This document shows, piece by piece, positions 41,892-51,238 of a stretch of DNA of 64,000 nt. Below the pieces are notes generated by a model. It was not told the DNA's origin, made no database searches, and saw nothing but the letters and a program-made list of their open reading frames with translations. Source of the stretch: an uncultured Candidatus Saccharibacteria bacterium (GTDB lineage: Bacteria; Patescibacteriota; Minisyncoccia; Phycocordibacterales; PALSA-1337). The translations under genes and the position numbers were made by a program. Numbering within the stretch: position 1 is the stretch's first letter; the number at the start of each line of letters is the position of its first letter. The DNA is taken from contig CAZBLC010000001.1 of the NCBI GenBank assembly GCA_964492835.1, forward strand, positions 19,596 through 83,595. The letters run 5' to 3'.

Positions 41892-43613
41892 TTATAGTTT
41901 ATTTACTTCTTCAAATGGTATCTTTCTCTCGAATGCTTTAATCATCGCATCCTCCTTAATTGAGAGCATTCCCTTTTGTCTAAGCAGTCTACTTATCTCA
42001 AGTTCAGTAGGACTCTTTAGAATTACACTCTCTATCTCCTTGTCCATTCTAAATGCCTCAAACACAGCCATACGTCCTCTTGTTCCCTTAGGACAATCTG
42101 GAGTTGGATCAATACCATATACAGTATCCTTAAATGGAATATCTCCTTTGTACTGTTCTGGTAGATCTGAGAATTGCTTATCAATTATCATTTTTATACT
42201 TCCATCAACTGGTATTGGTTTACCTGAATTTGGAGGTAGCATAGATACAAGTCTCTGAGCGATAGCTAGAACAAGAGTTGGTGCGATAAGGTAAGGATCC
42301 ACACCCATGTCGATAAGACGAGGGATGACACCAGCTGAGTTGTTGGTGTGGAGTGTAGAGAATACCAAGTGTCCTGTTAGAGCAGCTTGTACAGCTAGCT
42401 GAGCAGTCTCCTTGTCTCGGATCTCTCCGATCATGATCACATCAGGGTCCTGGCGTAGTGTTGTTCTAAGTCCAGATGCAAATGTATACCCAATCTCAGC
42501 ATGCACCTGAGACTGACTTACCCCATCCATGTTGTACTCGATAGGGTCTTCGAGAGAAAGTACGTTCATTCCCTCCTTATCAACTTCATTCAACATAGAG
42601 TACAGAGTTGTAGACTTTCCAGATCCCGTAGGTCCAGTAATTAGGATTAGTCCGTATGGTCTAGCTATCGCCTCTTTAACCAATTCTAGATTCTTTGGTG
42701 TAAGTCCGATCTCATCGATCTTCTTTACTCCCTTTTCTTGATCCAAGATACGCATCACGACTTTCTCTCCATAATATGCTGGGAATGTAGATACACGGAA
42801 GTCTATCTTTCTTCCATCGATACGTGCAGAGAATCTACCGTCTTGAGGCTTTCTCTTTTCATCAAGCTTCATGTTACAAAGCACTTTGATACGAGCAACA
42901 ACCGCATTGTGTACTTGCGGTGGTAGTACTAGACTTGTATTAAGTGTTCCATCAACACGGAAACGCACTCTAATCTTGTCACGCATATGCTCAATGTGCA
43001 CATCGGATGCATTTCCCTCAGTTGCATAACGAACGATAGTTGCCACAATCTTAACAACCGGAGCATCTTCTATAATTACAGTATTCTGCTTCTTGTCATT
43101 CGTAGTCTTTGCATTCTTTAGATCTACAGTACTGTCCTTATCAACAGACAATACAGACTCTAGTTCTGTAAGAGCCTTAGATACTTCTCCTCCAATTCCT
43201 TTATATGACTCTAAAACTTTTTGGTAGTCATCAATAGTTATTAAAAATACTTTGTATGGAACATTACCCTTTGAAGCAATGAAGTTTAGAGCATCTCGAG
43301 CTTCTATATTATCTGGGTTAACTATACCCACTTCAAGTACTCCTTCACTTAGACCTATCGGTACGAACTTATAGTGTGCAGCTGATTCTTCTGGTATATA
43401 GTCTAGAGCTTCAAATGGTACTGTAGTCTCACCTAAACTTCTTGTAGGTATGTTAAGTAGCTCTCCACGTGCAGCAAGTATATCTTCAGGATGTACTCCC
43501 TTTTCAATCAATACTTGATCAAGATTCTCACCGTCTGCAGTAAGTTTCTTTATCTCAGTTATATCATCTTTTGTTAAAAGATTTTTGTTTAAAAGAATAT
43601 CTGTAACACTCAT
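41892..43613 (-). CDS. pilB: Type IV pilus assembly ATPase (GspE/PilB)
   Basis: ASDVHIE, PQDGRF, GPTGSGKSTT, LRQDPD, GEIRD, AQRL. Confidence 0.95.
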   Translation of the reverse strand: MSVTDILLNKNLLTKDDITEIKKLTADGENLDQVLIEKGVHPEDILAARGELLNIPTRSLGETTVPFEALDYIPEESAAHYKFVPIGLSEGVLEVGIVNPDNIEARDALNFIASKGNVPYKVFLITIDDYQKVLESYKGIGGEVSKALTELESVLSVDKDSTVDLKNAKTTNDKKQNTVIIEDAPVVKIVATIVRYATEGNASDVHIEHMRDKIRVRFRVDGTLNTSLVLPPQVHNAVVARIKVLCNMKLDEKRKPQDGRFSARIDGRKIDFRVSTFPAYYGEKVVMRILDQEKGVKKIDEIGLTPKNLELVKEAIARPYGLILITGPTGSGKSTTLYSMLNEVDKEGMNVLSLEDPIEYNMDGVSQSQVHAEIGYTFASGLRTTLRQDPDVIMIGEIRDKETAQLAVQAALTGHLVFSTLHTNNSAGVIPRLIDMGVDPYLIAPTLVLAIAQRLVSMLPPNSGKPIPVDGSIKMIIDKQFSDLPEQYKGDIPFKDTVYGIDPTPDCPKGTRGRMAVFEAFRMDKEIESVILKSPTELEISRLLRQKGMLSIKEDAMIKAFERKIPFEEVNKL

Positions 43614-43617
43614 AAAA

Positions 43618-43935
43618 TTAATTTACTGGTACGAACGGATTAGCACGACCAACATTCTGCTCTGGTATTGCAATTGTATAGTCTACAAGCGACTGGTATA
43701 CCGCACTCTTAAAGATTGAATCATCAATCTTTAATGAACTTATCTGATTAAGTAGGTTAACAATTCTCTGGCTTGATGCTTGTGCATCACCAGCCTCAAC
43801 TGATCCTTCAGTTGCAAGTGATGAGATTGATACATCACTTGGATTACCTTTGAAATAGAAGAAGAGACCTAGAGCTACTACTACGATAGCTATTAGTGCG
43901 AAGAATGTTCCTTTTGATGGTGTTTTTTGTTGCAT
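43618..43935 (-). CDS. Small membrane-anchored pilus protein (PilP position)
   Basis: One N-terminal TM helix, C-terminal GRANPF resembling the PilP RxPF motif; operon position. Confidence 0.6.
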   Translation of the reverse strand: MQQKTPSKGTFFALIAIVVVALGLFFYFKGNPSDVSISSLATEGSVEAGDAQASSQRIVNLLNQISSLKIDDSIFKSAVYQSLVDYTIAIPEQNVGRANPFVPVN

Positions 43936-43936
43936 A

Positions 43937-44488
43937 TTATTGTTTTAGCCAAAATGTCTTAACCTCTACTCCATAATCGAAGTTTCCATTCTCACCTGCT
44001 TTCAAACTAATCTTAGATACCTGCATTATTCTAAGACTCACTTCCAAATCTCTTAGGAAGTTTTGGAATGTTTGATAGTCAGTACTTAGATCAAATGACA
44101 TTGTAACTGTATTGTATTCACCGCTCGACACAAAACTTGTATCCTCACTCTTTGATGCTTCTTTATTAGCTGTACTTGTCTTTACGTTCTTTATTGAAAT
44201 ATTGTGTCTAGCAGCTATACCGTTTAGGTCTATTATTAATCTAACGTTATCAACGTTATCAGGAACAATCTTATCAAGTCTCTCCTGATCTTCAGGATCA
44301 ATCTTGTTATATGCAGCTAGTACTTGATCTCTCTTCTTGATCAACTCTTCAGAATTCTTTAATGCTGTCTTATATTCACTGTTAACAGCCATAACAGCAC
44401 GCACCTTATCAATCTCCACACGGGTAAAAGTAAAATATATACCTATTGATAGAATTATTAGTATTAAAGGTGTAGCATTCTTATTCAT
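43937..44488 (-). CDS. pilO: Type IV pilus alignment protein PilO
   Basis: TM, coiled coil, YQTFQNFLRDLEVSLRI; operon position. Confidence 0.8.
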   Translation of the reverse strand: MNKNATPLILIILSIGIYFTFTRVEIDKVRAVMAVNSEYKTALKNSEELIKKRDQVLAAYNKIDPEDQERLDKIVPDNVDNVRLIIDLNGIAARHNISIKNVKTSTANKEASKSEDTSFVSSGEYNTVTMSFDLSTDYQTFQNFLRDLEVSLRIMQVSKISLKAGENGNFDYGVEVKTFWLKQ

Positions 44489-44492
44489 ATAT

Positions 44493-45125
44493 TTATTGTG
44501 TATTACCTAACTCGCTATTCAATACCTTTTCATACAACACATCTGCAGCACTTATACTCGCTGTGAATGTAAATCCTACATTCCCTTTTGCATCAAGTGA
44601 TAGGTCTGAAAGTATTGGGTTCTTTAGAACCCGGTTCTTTCCAAAGCTTGATGATTTTCCAAATACATCACTCTGCCAAGCGATAGAACTGAAGCTATTA
44701 CCAAATCCTTTCATAGTAATCTTTAGATCTCCTGTTTCTATATCAGGAGCTACGAAATCAAAGCTACTGAATGTGATACCATCAGCTGTTAGAGCGTTGA
44801 TTATAGAGAACATCTCAACAACATCTATTTGTTTCTTAAGTAATTTGTTTCCTAGATCTATCTTTGTATTAGCCTTCTTTAATTTTTCAATTAAGGCTGA
44901 ATCGAATCTTTCTTCTGCTTTCTTTAATTCAACTCTATATTTCTCTTGATTCTTTGTTTGTAAATCTTTCCAAACAAATGTTCCTGCTGCAGCTACGATT
45001 GAGAGTATAAATATGATTACAGAGATAAACATAAATACACTAGTACCACCAGTATGATTGACTGATTTTTGATCCATCAATATTGGCTTCTTTGGAATGA
45101 ACGATGTTTGAAACTTAGTATCCAT
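44493..45125 (-). CDS. PilN-like alignment protein
   Basis: N-terminal TSFIPK, TM helix, coiled coil; lies between pilM and pilO. Confidence 0.7.
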   Translation of the reverse strand: MDTKFQTSFIPKKPILMDQKSVNHTGGTSVFMFISVIIFILSIVAAAGTFVWKDLQTKNQEKYRVELKKAEERFDSALIEKLKKANTKIDLGNKLLKKQIDVVEMFSIINALTADGITFSSFDFVAPDIETGDLKITMKGFGNSFSSIAWQSDVFGKSSSFGKNRVLKNPILSDLSLDAKGNVGFTFTASISAADVLYEKVLNSELGNTQ

Positions 45126-45143
45126 TGAGATAATTATAGTTGA

Positions 45144-46277
45144 TTAATCTATTTCAGACAATCGACGTAATGCACACCCTATCGCTACTGCAAATTCTGG
45201 ACCTGCTTGCTTGAATTGTTCTGATAGGAATGCTGGAGTTTCTAGTTTATTAAATGGATTTGCATATACTATTTCTGTTTGAAAACTTACTTTAGCTAAT
45301 TCTGTAAATCCTTTTAGCAGAACTCCTCCTCCTGTAAGGATTACCTTACTTATATTCTTGTTGTACTTCTTCTGATAGCTTAGCAGTGTTGCGTTTGCTT
45401 CATAGAATATATAGTCTAGGTTTACTGTTATTACTTCTGTTAACTCTTTGTACTCTGGTCCTCCCTTCATTCCATATACTCTCTTTAGATTCTCTGCTTC
45501 GTTTACTGTAAGACTCAGTGACTTTGATATTGCTAGAGTTATATCCTGTGATCCTCTATTAATGATGTGTGATGCTCTAAGTAATCCTCTCTCTAATATG
45601 TATAGCTTTGTTGCTTGTGCACCCATGTCTACAACCATTACAGCTTGTATACCCTGTTCTACCACTGCTCTTATAGAGCTAAACAACTCTATCTCATAGA
45701 ATGATGGTTGCAGTCCTGATCCTACAGCTATCGCTTGATAGTTATTAATATATTCATTATGTATTGCTACAACTAGTACATCTTGTGTTTGTCTTGGTGG
45801 TAGTTTTTCATCAGGCTTGTTTACAGGTGTTACATCATCAGGACCTAGGTTATCTTCTTTAGGTATTATTGAGTAATCCAACATAATCTCACTCATAGGT
45901 ACTGGTATATACTTACGTGCTTCTATGTTTATAACCTCCTGTATTTGTTTTTCTGGTACTGCAGGAATTGTTATGAACGTAATTAGACTTGATGATAGAG
46001 GTAAGGCTATACCACAAGAGTTTGTAGTAGTTTTAGCTTCTCTTAGAATATCTTTTAAAGCTTCAATTATCTTCTCCTTTGGTAAATTAGTTGATCTTCC
46101 AACTTCAATTTGTGCATATGGACCTAGAGCTAGTTCTCCATAAGTCTCGAGTACTGCTCTTCCTCTTTTCTTCCTTAATTGCACTACCTTTATAGCAGAT
46201 GAACCAATATCAATACCTAAAACACTTTGTCCTTTCTTTGAGAAGAGTGATGAAAATAGGTTATTAAGAAAATCCAT
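45144..46277 (-). CDS. pilM: Type IV pilus assembly protein PilM (actin-like)
   Basis: GIDIGSSAIKVV, EARKYIP, VDMGA, ILTGGG, AVAIGCALR. Confidence 0.95.
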   Translation of the reverse strand: MDFLNNLFSSLFSKKGQSVLGIDIGSSAIKVVQLRKKRGRAVLETYGELALGPYAQIEVGRSTNLPKEKIIEALKDILREAKTTTNSCGIALPLSSSLITFITIPAVPEKQIQEVINIEARKYIPVPMSEIMLDYSIIPKEDNLGPDDVTPVNKPDEKLPPRQTQDVLVVAIHNEYINNYQAIAVGSGLQPSFYEIELFSSIRAVVEQGIQAVMVVDMGAQATKLYILERGLLRASHIINRGSQDITLAISKSLSLTVNEAENLKRVYGMKGGPEYKELTEVITVNLDYIFYEANATLLSYQKKYNKNISKVILTGGGVLLKGFTELAKVSFQTEIVYANPFNKLETPAFLSEQFKQAGPEFAVAIGCALRRLSEID

Positions 46278-46323
46278 ACAAATATTATATCATACGACCA
46301 ATATTATAGTGTAGAATATGTGA

Positions 46324-46923
46324 ATGATTCGTAATATCCTCCAATATCTCATTGATTTCATCTTTCCTCCTCGAGAGGAAGAGGTTGTATTACGTATTAT
46401 ATCTATTACTCAATTTGAGTCTCAGGTGCCTAAGGCACTTAATGGTATATCTATATTCTCCTACAAACACTCTCTAGTTAAAGAGCTGGTTTGGCAGATT
46501 AAATACAGAAGGAATATGAGGGCTACTCACATGGCTGCGTATTTTCTTCATCGAGAACTAGTTAAATATGGAAATGTTACTCTAGTTCCTATACCCATAT
46601 CTAAATCTAGAAGAAAAGAAAGAGGTTTTAATCAATGTGAATTGATTATTGATTCTATACTTAAGTATGATACTAATAATATTCTCTCTAAAGACTATTC
46701 CCTACTTGTTCGTGACAAGGATATTGAGAAGCAGACTTTTAAGAATCGAGGTGAGAGACTAGAGAATATTAAAGGTATATTTAGAGTTACTAAATCTAGT
46801 AGTGATATATCTATAGTTATCATCGATGATGTAACTACAACTGGAGGTACGCTTGAAGAAGCAAAGAATTCTCTTCTACAAGCTGGGTTTAAAGATGTTA
46901 AGGTTTTGACTCTGGCACACTAA
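46324..46923 (+). CDS. comF: ComF family competence protein (PRTase fold)
   Basis: VPIP, RGFNQ, IIDDVTTTGGTL. Confidence 0.9.
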   Translation: MIRNILQYLIDFIFPPREEEVVLRIISITQFESQVPKALNGISIFSYKHSLVKELVWQIKYRRNMRATHMAAYFLHRELVKYGNVTLVPIPISKSRRKERGFNQCELIIDSILKYDTNNILSKDYSLLVRDKDIEKQTFKNRGERLENIKGIFRVTKSSSDISIVIIDDVTTTGGTLEEAKNSLLQAGFKDVKVLTLAH

Positions 46924-47179
46924 CTGCCTTCTTCTTCCATAGACCAACTACAGAGTATAGATATACAAGTTCTAGTATACCTATTGTGTTGATTAGGAGT
47001 ATTGCGACAAACCATCCCTTTTCATCTCTCTTTGCTGCATGCCATAGTGCATAACCTTTCAAAGTTATTACTGCTAGCATTAAGACTAGTAGTACTAGTG
47101 AACTTAGGGCGAATAGCCCAAAACCTAGACCAAAGAATGCATTTGAATTAACTACACTTGCGAAATTATTTATCATCAT
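46898..47179 (-). CDS. Small membrane protein (DUF5652-like)
   Basis: LKGYALWHAAK..WF..LLINTIGILE..YL pattern. Confidence 0.7.
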   Translation of the reverse strand: MMINNFASVVNSNAFFGLGFGLFALSSLVLLVLMLAVITLKGYALWHAAKRDEKGWFVAILLINTIGILELVYLYSVVGLWKKKAVSVPESKP

Positions 47180-47202
47180 GGGTCTATTATAACACCAATC
47201 CT

Positions 47203-47763
47203 TTATTCTTTGTCAGAAATAATACAACCTAATGGCAAAGAAAATGAGTCGCCATTATTTAAAATACCCCAGTCGATTTCACCTGACACATCGAGCTCCA
47301 TTCTCATCTTTGTAATTAAATTACTTCTTAGAGGCACAGGACCAGGTGTTGTTGTTGAAAATACTATGCTCAAGTAGAGCTGTGGGATATTCTTATCATC
47401 GGATAACAGAGCAAGCTTACCAAGCGAACGATTTATATCTAGATCTGTTGGAGGCTCCGTCTTGCAAAACTGTCCAACATAGGTCTTGTTATCAAAACCT
47501 AAATTCATGGTCAAAATTTTTGAATCTACAATCTCTAAGGCTTGCATAAAAGTTTCCAGTTTGAGACTGTATAATTCCTTAGATTTATATTCTTCAAACC
47601 CCCACAATATACCAATAATAGGTATTAGTATCTTAAGTACGTCCACTACACCACTATTAATAGTCTCACTTATATTGTCACATCCAAAATTAATCATCCT
47701 GTACAAAGAAGCAATATAAATTAAGGCTATGGCAGAAGTTAGGACAAGGAAAAAAATCATCAT
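47203..47763 (-). CDS. Hypothetical membrane protein starting 4 nt after tRNA-Ser(ACU)
   Basis: ORF from ATG 47763 with two hydrophobic N-terminal segments; the longer track call overlaps the tRNA. Confidence 0.55.
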   Translation of the reverse strand: MMIFFLVLTSAIALIYIASLYRMINFGCDNISETINSGVVDVLKILIPIIGILWGFEEYKSKELYSLKLETFMQALEIVDSKILTMNLGFDNKTYVGQFCKTEPPTDLDINRSLGKLALLSDDKNIPQLYLSIVFSTTTPGPVPLRSNLITKMRMELDVSGEIDWGILNNGDSFSLPLGCIISDKE

Positions 47764-47767
47764 TCTG

Positions 47768-47854
47768 CGGAAAGAGCGAGATTCGAACTCGCGGTTCCAA
47801 TTAAGGAACGGCGGTTTAGTAAACCGCTGGTTTAAACCACTCACCCATCTTTCC
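47768..47854 (-). tRNA. tRNA-Ser, anticodon ACU (class II, long variable arm)
   Basis: GGAAAGA/UCUUUCC acceptor stem, G73, anticodon arm GCGGU-UUACUAA-ACCGC, variable stem GUUCC/GGAAC, T arm GCGAG-UUCGAAU-CUCGC; CCA not encoded. Confidence 0.92.
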
Positions 47855-47916
47855 ATACTTTCCCATATACTATACGGAAATTATGATACTTTTACAAATA
47901 TTGATAGTATATATGG

Positions 47917-49563
47917 ATGAATAACATATACGATTCTCTAAAGGATAGTTTTAAAGGTGATATAGATATATCAGAGCAAACTCTTACCAAATACTCTAAA
48001 GATGCTAGTCTTTTTGAGATTAAACCTAGTGCAGTTATGTTCCCTAAAGACAGTGAGGATATCAAGACTCTAGTTAAGTGGGTAAATGCAAACAAAGAAG
48101 CCAATCCTGAGCTATCCATCACCGTACGCTCTGCAGGAACAGATATGACTGGTGCTGCTATCGGTAGTTCCATCATACTTGATGTTACTCGATACATGAA
48201 CAAGATAATTGAAGTCACACCTGATCATGCAATTGCAATGCCTGGTTGCTATTACCGAGATTTCGACAAAGAGACAAAGAAATTAGACCGATATATGCCT
48301 GCATATACCGCTTCAAGAGAGATCAATGCAGTTGGTGGTATGGTTGGTAACAACAGTGGTGGAGAAAAGAGTATTAAGTATGGTAAGACGGAGAGATATA
48401 TTAACTCACTTAAGATAGTTTTGTCTGATGGTAATGAATATGTTGTTAAACCACTCACAAAACAGGAATTGGAAGTTAAGATAAATCAGAATGATTTTGA
48501 AGGAAATCTATACAAAGAGATATTTAAATTAATTAATGATAACTATGAGGTTATATCTGGAGCAAAGCCTAAGGTATCCAAGAATTCTTCTGGTTACTAT
48601 CTCTGGAATGTATATGACAAAGAAAGTGGAAAGTTTGATCTATGTAGGTTGATTGTAGGATCACAAGGAACATTGGGTATAGTTACGGAAATAGATTTTA
48701 AAATCATTCCTTTTGAAACTTGTTCAAATATTCTAGCCGTATTCCTTCCCTCTCTGGATGATGTGAGTAAGTTAGTGAATGAAGTATTGCCTTTTAAGCC
48801 AGACAGTCTAGAGACCTACGATGACAAGAGTATGATACTTGCAGTTAAGTTCTTCTTCGATTTCTTTAAGGAACTAGGATTTGTTAGAGCTATCAAGCTT
48901 GGTATGCAATTTGTTCCAGAGACATTTATGCTACTTACAGGTGGTGTGCCTAAGATGATATTAATGATTGAGTTTACTGGTATTAGTGAAGAAGAGGTTA
49001 AGGCTAAGTTGATTGCAGTACGTGATCATATTAAGCATTTTGGATTCCATATGCATTTAGCTCATTCTACAGCTGAGGCTGATAAGTACAGACAGATTAG
49101 ACATGAAAGTTTCAATCTACTTAGAAAGCATTCTAAAGGAAAGCGTACAGCCCCCTTTATAGACGACATAATAGTTAAGCCTGAGTATTTACCCGAATTT
49201 CTTCCTAAAGTTAAAGCACTACTTGATGAATACAAGTTAAGCTATACCGTACAAGGACACTTGGGTAATGGTAACTTCCATATCATTCCTCTTATGGATC
49301 TTAAATCTCCCTTCTCTGCTGATGTCATACTAGAATTGTCTGGAAAGATATATAGTTTGGTAGCACAATACCATGGTTCAAATTCTGCAGAACACAATGA
49401 TGGAATTATACGAACTCCATACCTGACACAACAGTTTGGTGAAGAAGTTGTAAGTATATTTAAGAAGACTAAATATATATTTGATCCATTAAATATTTTA
49501 AATCCTGGGAAGAAAGTAGGTGGTAGTTTTGATGATATTAGAAATGCGATAAAGAGTGTGTAA
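47917..49563 (+). CDS. FAD-binding oxidoreductase (GlcD/D-lactate dehydrogenase-like)
   Basis: RSAGTDMTG, GGMVGNNSGG, GSQGTLG, GHLGNGNFH, AEHNDG, FDPLNILNPGK. Confidence 0.9.
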   Translation: MNNIYDSLKDSFKGDIDISEQTLTKYSKDASLFEIKPSAVMFPKDSEDIKTLVKWVNANKEANPELSITVRSAGTDMTGAAIGSSIILDVTRYMNKIIEVTPDHAIAMPGCYYRDFDKETKKLDRYMPAYTASREINAVGGMVGNNSGGEKSIKYGKTERYINSLKIVLSDGNEYVVKPLTKQELEVKINQNDFEGNLYKEIFKLINDNYEVISGAKPKVSKNSSGYYLWNVYDKESGKFDLCRLIVGSQGTLGIVTEIDFKIIPFETCSNILAVFLPSLDDVSKLVNEVLPFKPDSLETYDDKSMILAVKFFFDFFKELGFVRAIKLGMQFVPETFMLLTGGVPKMILMIEFTGISEEEVKAKLIAVRDHIKHFGFHMHLAHSTAEADKYRQIRHESFNLLRKHSKGKRTAPFIDDIIVKPEYLPEFLPKVKALLDEYKLSYTVQGHLGNGNFHIIPLMDLKSPFSADVILELSGKIYSLVAQYHGSNSAEHNDGIIRTPYLTQQFGEEVVSIFKKTKYIFDPLNILNPGKKVGGSFDDIRNAIKSV

Positions 49564-49564
49564 T

Positions 49565-50644
49565 ATGAAAACATTAAAGAAATATAGATTGATAATTCCA
49601 CTGACAATAGTTGTAATAGCTATTTTTACGTACGGTAAGTTTAATGCTCCGAAACCAGAACCCGTACCTGCTCCAGTTATAGTTACTGTTCCATATACTG
49701 GAAAGATATATCATATATTCTTCCATAGTCTCATTGTATATCCAGAACTAGCATTTGATGGCACACCTCATGCTCAAGGATATCAGGACTATATGATTAC
49801 TCGAGATGAGTTCTACAAGATACTTCCTAAGTTGTATTCAGATAACTTTGTTTTGATTAATCCAAATATATTAATCTCTACAACTACAACTGGTATATCT
49901 AGAAATACCCTTCTACTTCCAGAAGGTAAAAAGCCATTAATACTTTCTCTTGATGATTTAAACTATTACAAAGATCAAGATGGTCATGGTTTTGCCAACA
50001 AACTGGTATTAGACAAACAAGGTAGAGTTGCTACGGAGATAACTACTCCTGAAGGAAAAACTATTGTTACTCGTGATGGTGATATTGTCCCAATACTAGA
50101 TGACTTTATAGACCTACATCCTGATTTCTCTTGGAATGGAGCTAGAGGTGTTATAGCGGTTACAGGACATGAAGGAGTGTTCGGGTACAGAACGAACAAG
50201 GTTAATTCTGGTACGTACAAAAAGGATGTTGAGTCAGTAAAGAATATTGTAACCAGACTAAAACAAACTGGTTGGTCATTTGCTAGCCATAGTTTCTCTC
50301 ACCAACTACCATTCAGAGATAACAGTATTACACTCGATATGGTTAAGTGGGATACAGAGAAATGGGACAAGGAAGTTAGACCTCTTGTTGGTGACACTAA
50401 CATGTTCATTGGTCCATTCGGTCAGGTGTTTTCTGCAAATGATGAAAGAAGAAACTACTTAATCTCAAAAGGTTTCAATATGCTATTTGGAGTTGGTATG
50501 GATCTATATCAAGAATACTTCCCTACATACTTTGTAATGAACAGAGCTGATATAGATGGTATACGACTATTACAAACTCCCTGGCATCTAAAAGAGTACT
50601 TTAATGTTGAGGAAGTGGTGGACCAGAAGAGGTTTGTTAGGTAG
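49565..50644 (+). CDS. Membrane-anchored polysaccharide deacetylase-like protein
   Basis: N-terminal TM, HIFFHSL, LSLDDLNYY, FASHSFSH; start moved to ATG 49565. Confidence 0.7.
   Translation: MKTLKKYRLIIPLTIVVIAIFTYGKFNAPKPEPVPAPVIVTVPYTGKIYHIFFHSLIVYPELAFDGTPHAQGYQDYMITRDEFYKILPKLYSDNFVLINPNILISTTTTGISRNTLLLPEGKKPLILSLDDLNYYKDQDGHGFANKLVLDKQGRVATEITTPEGKTIVTRDGDIVPILDDFIDLHPDFSWNGARGVIAVTGHEGVFGYRTNKVNSGTYKKDVESVKNIVTRLKQTGWSFASHSFSHQLPFRDNSITLDMVKWDTEKWDKEVRPLVGDTNMFIGPFGQVFSANDERRNYLISKGFNMLFGVGMDLYQEYFPTYFVMNRADIDGIRLLQTPWHLKEYFNVEEVVDQKRFVR
50537..50644 (+). repeat. Copy 1 of a 108-bp direct repeat (3' end of the deacetylase-like gene)
   Basis: 93/108 identical, ungapped, to 51130-51237. 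Confidence 0.92.
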
Positions 50645-50694
50645 TCTATTATTTTAGATCACAATTAAACAAAGTTCTGTTCGCTTACTTTAAT

Positions 50695-51045
50695 CTATTG
50701 TCTATTTTTTAACCAGTGTTTAAGTCCTATTCCCCGAATATCATCCTTTTTTGCATACTTTTCTATTATATTCAATGATTTTTCTTTTATTTCTTGGCTG
50801 GGATTAAGCTTTTCTAAAAGATGTATGGCAGCATAGAGTTTAGTATCGTAATTTTCATAATTAAGAAGGCCAGCAAATTCTTCTGTACCACTACTACCAA
50901 AATTAGTACTAATTATATTTACAATTTCAATCAATCTTTTAGATTTATTGTTATGTAATTGTACTGATTGCTTGTCAGAGTAATTTGTATTAAAAAGTAA
51001 TTCAACTTGATCTTTGTATTCCTTTATAAGTTCTTGAATAGTCAT
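50695..51045 (-). CDS. Small helical hypothetical protein, possibly toxin-immunity-like (DUF2019-like)
   Basis: 116 aa with an LL..E...TKLYAAIHLLE HEAT-like motif; family call is tentative. Confidence 0.45.
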   Translation of the reverse strand: MTIQELIKEYKDQVELLFNTNYSDKQSVQLHNNKSKRLIEIVNIISTNFGSSGTEEFAGLLNYENYDTKLYAAIHLLEKLNPSQEIKEKSLNIIEKYAKKDDIRGIGLKHWLKNRQ

Positions 51046-51070
51046 TTTATAAAATCATAACATATCAATA

Positions 51071-51132
51071 GCGGAACCAGAAGGATTCAGATCCTCAAAG
51101 CTCTTAAGGGGCCTGCCTCATTAGCAAAAATG
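51071..51132 (-). pseudogene. Degenerate 3' fragment of tRNA-Ser(GCU)
   Basis: 46/62 ungapped identity to 54689-54750; anticodon loop retained, T arm and stems broken, 5' part absent. Confidence 0.8.
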
Positions 51133-51237
51133 AACAGAGCAGATATAGATGGTATACGACTATTACAAACTCCTTGGCATTTGAAGGAATACTTTAACGT
51201 TGAGGAGGTAATCGATCAGAAGAGGTTTGGTAAATAG
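51130..51237 (+). repeat. Copy 2 of the 108-bp repeat (orphan gene 3' end)
   Basis: Encodes MNRADIDGIRLLQTPWHLKEYFNVEEVIDQKRFGK*, versus ...VVDQKRFVR* in copy 1. Confidence 0.92.
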
Positions 51238-51238
51238 C

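Noticed and set aside
47764-47856. N-terminal extension of ORF 47203..47856
   Set aside because: It is the tRNA-Ser(ACU) gene read in frame; the plausible start is ATG 47763
50537-51237. 108-bp repeat pair as DGR template and variable repeats
   Set aside because: Differences are mostly synonymous and not confined to adenines of one copy; no reverse transcriptase in the window
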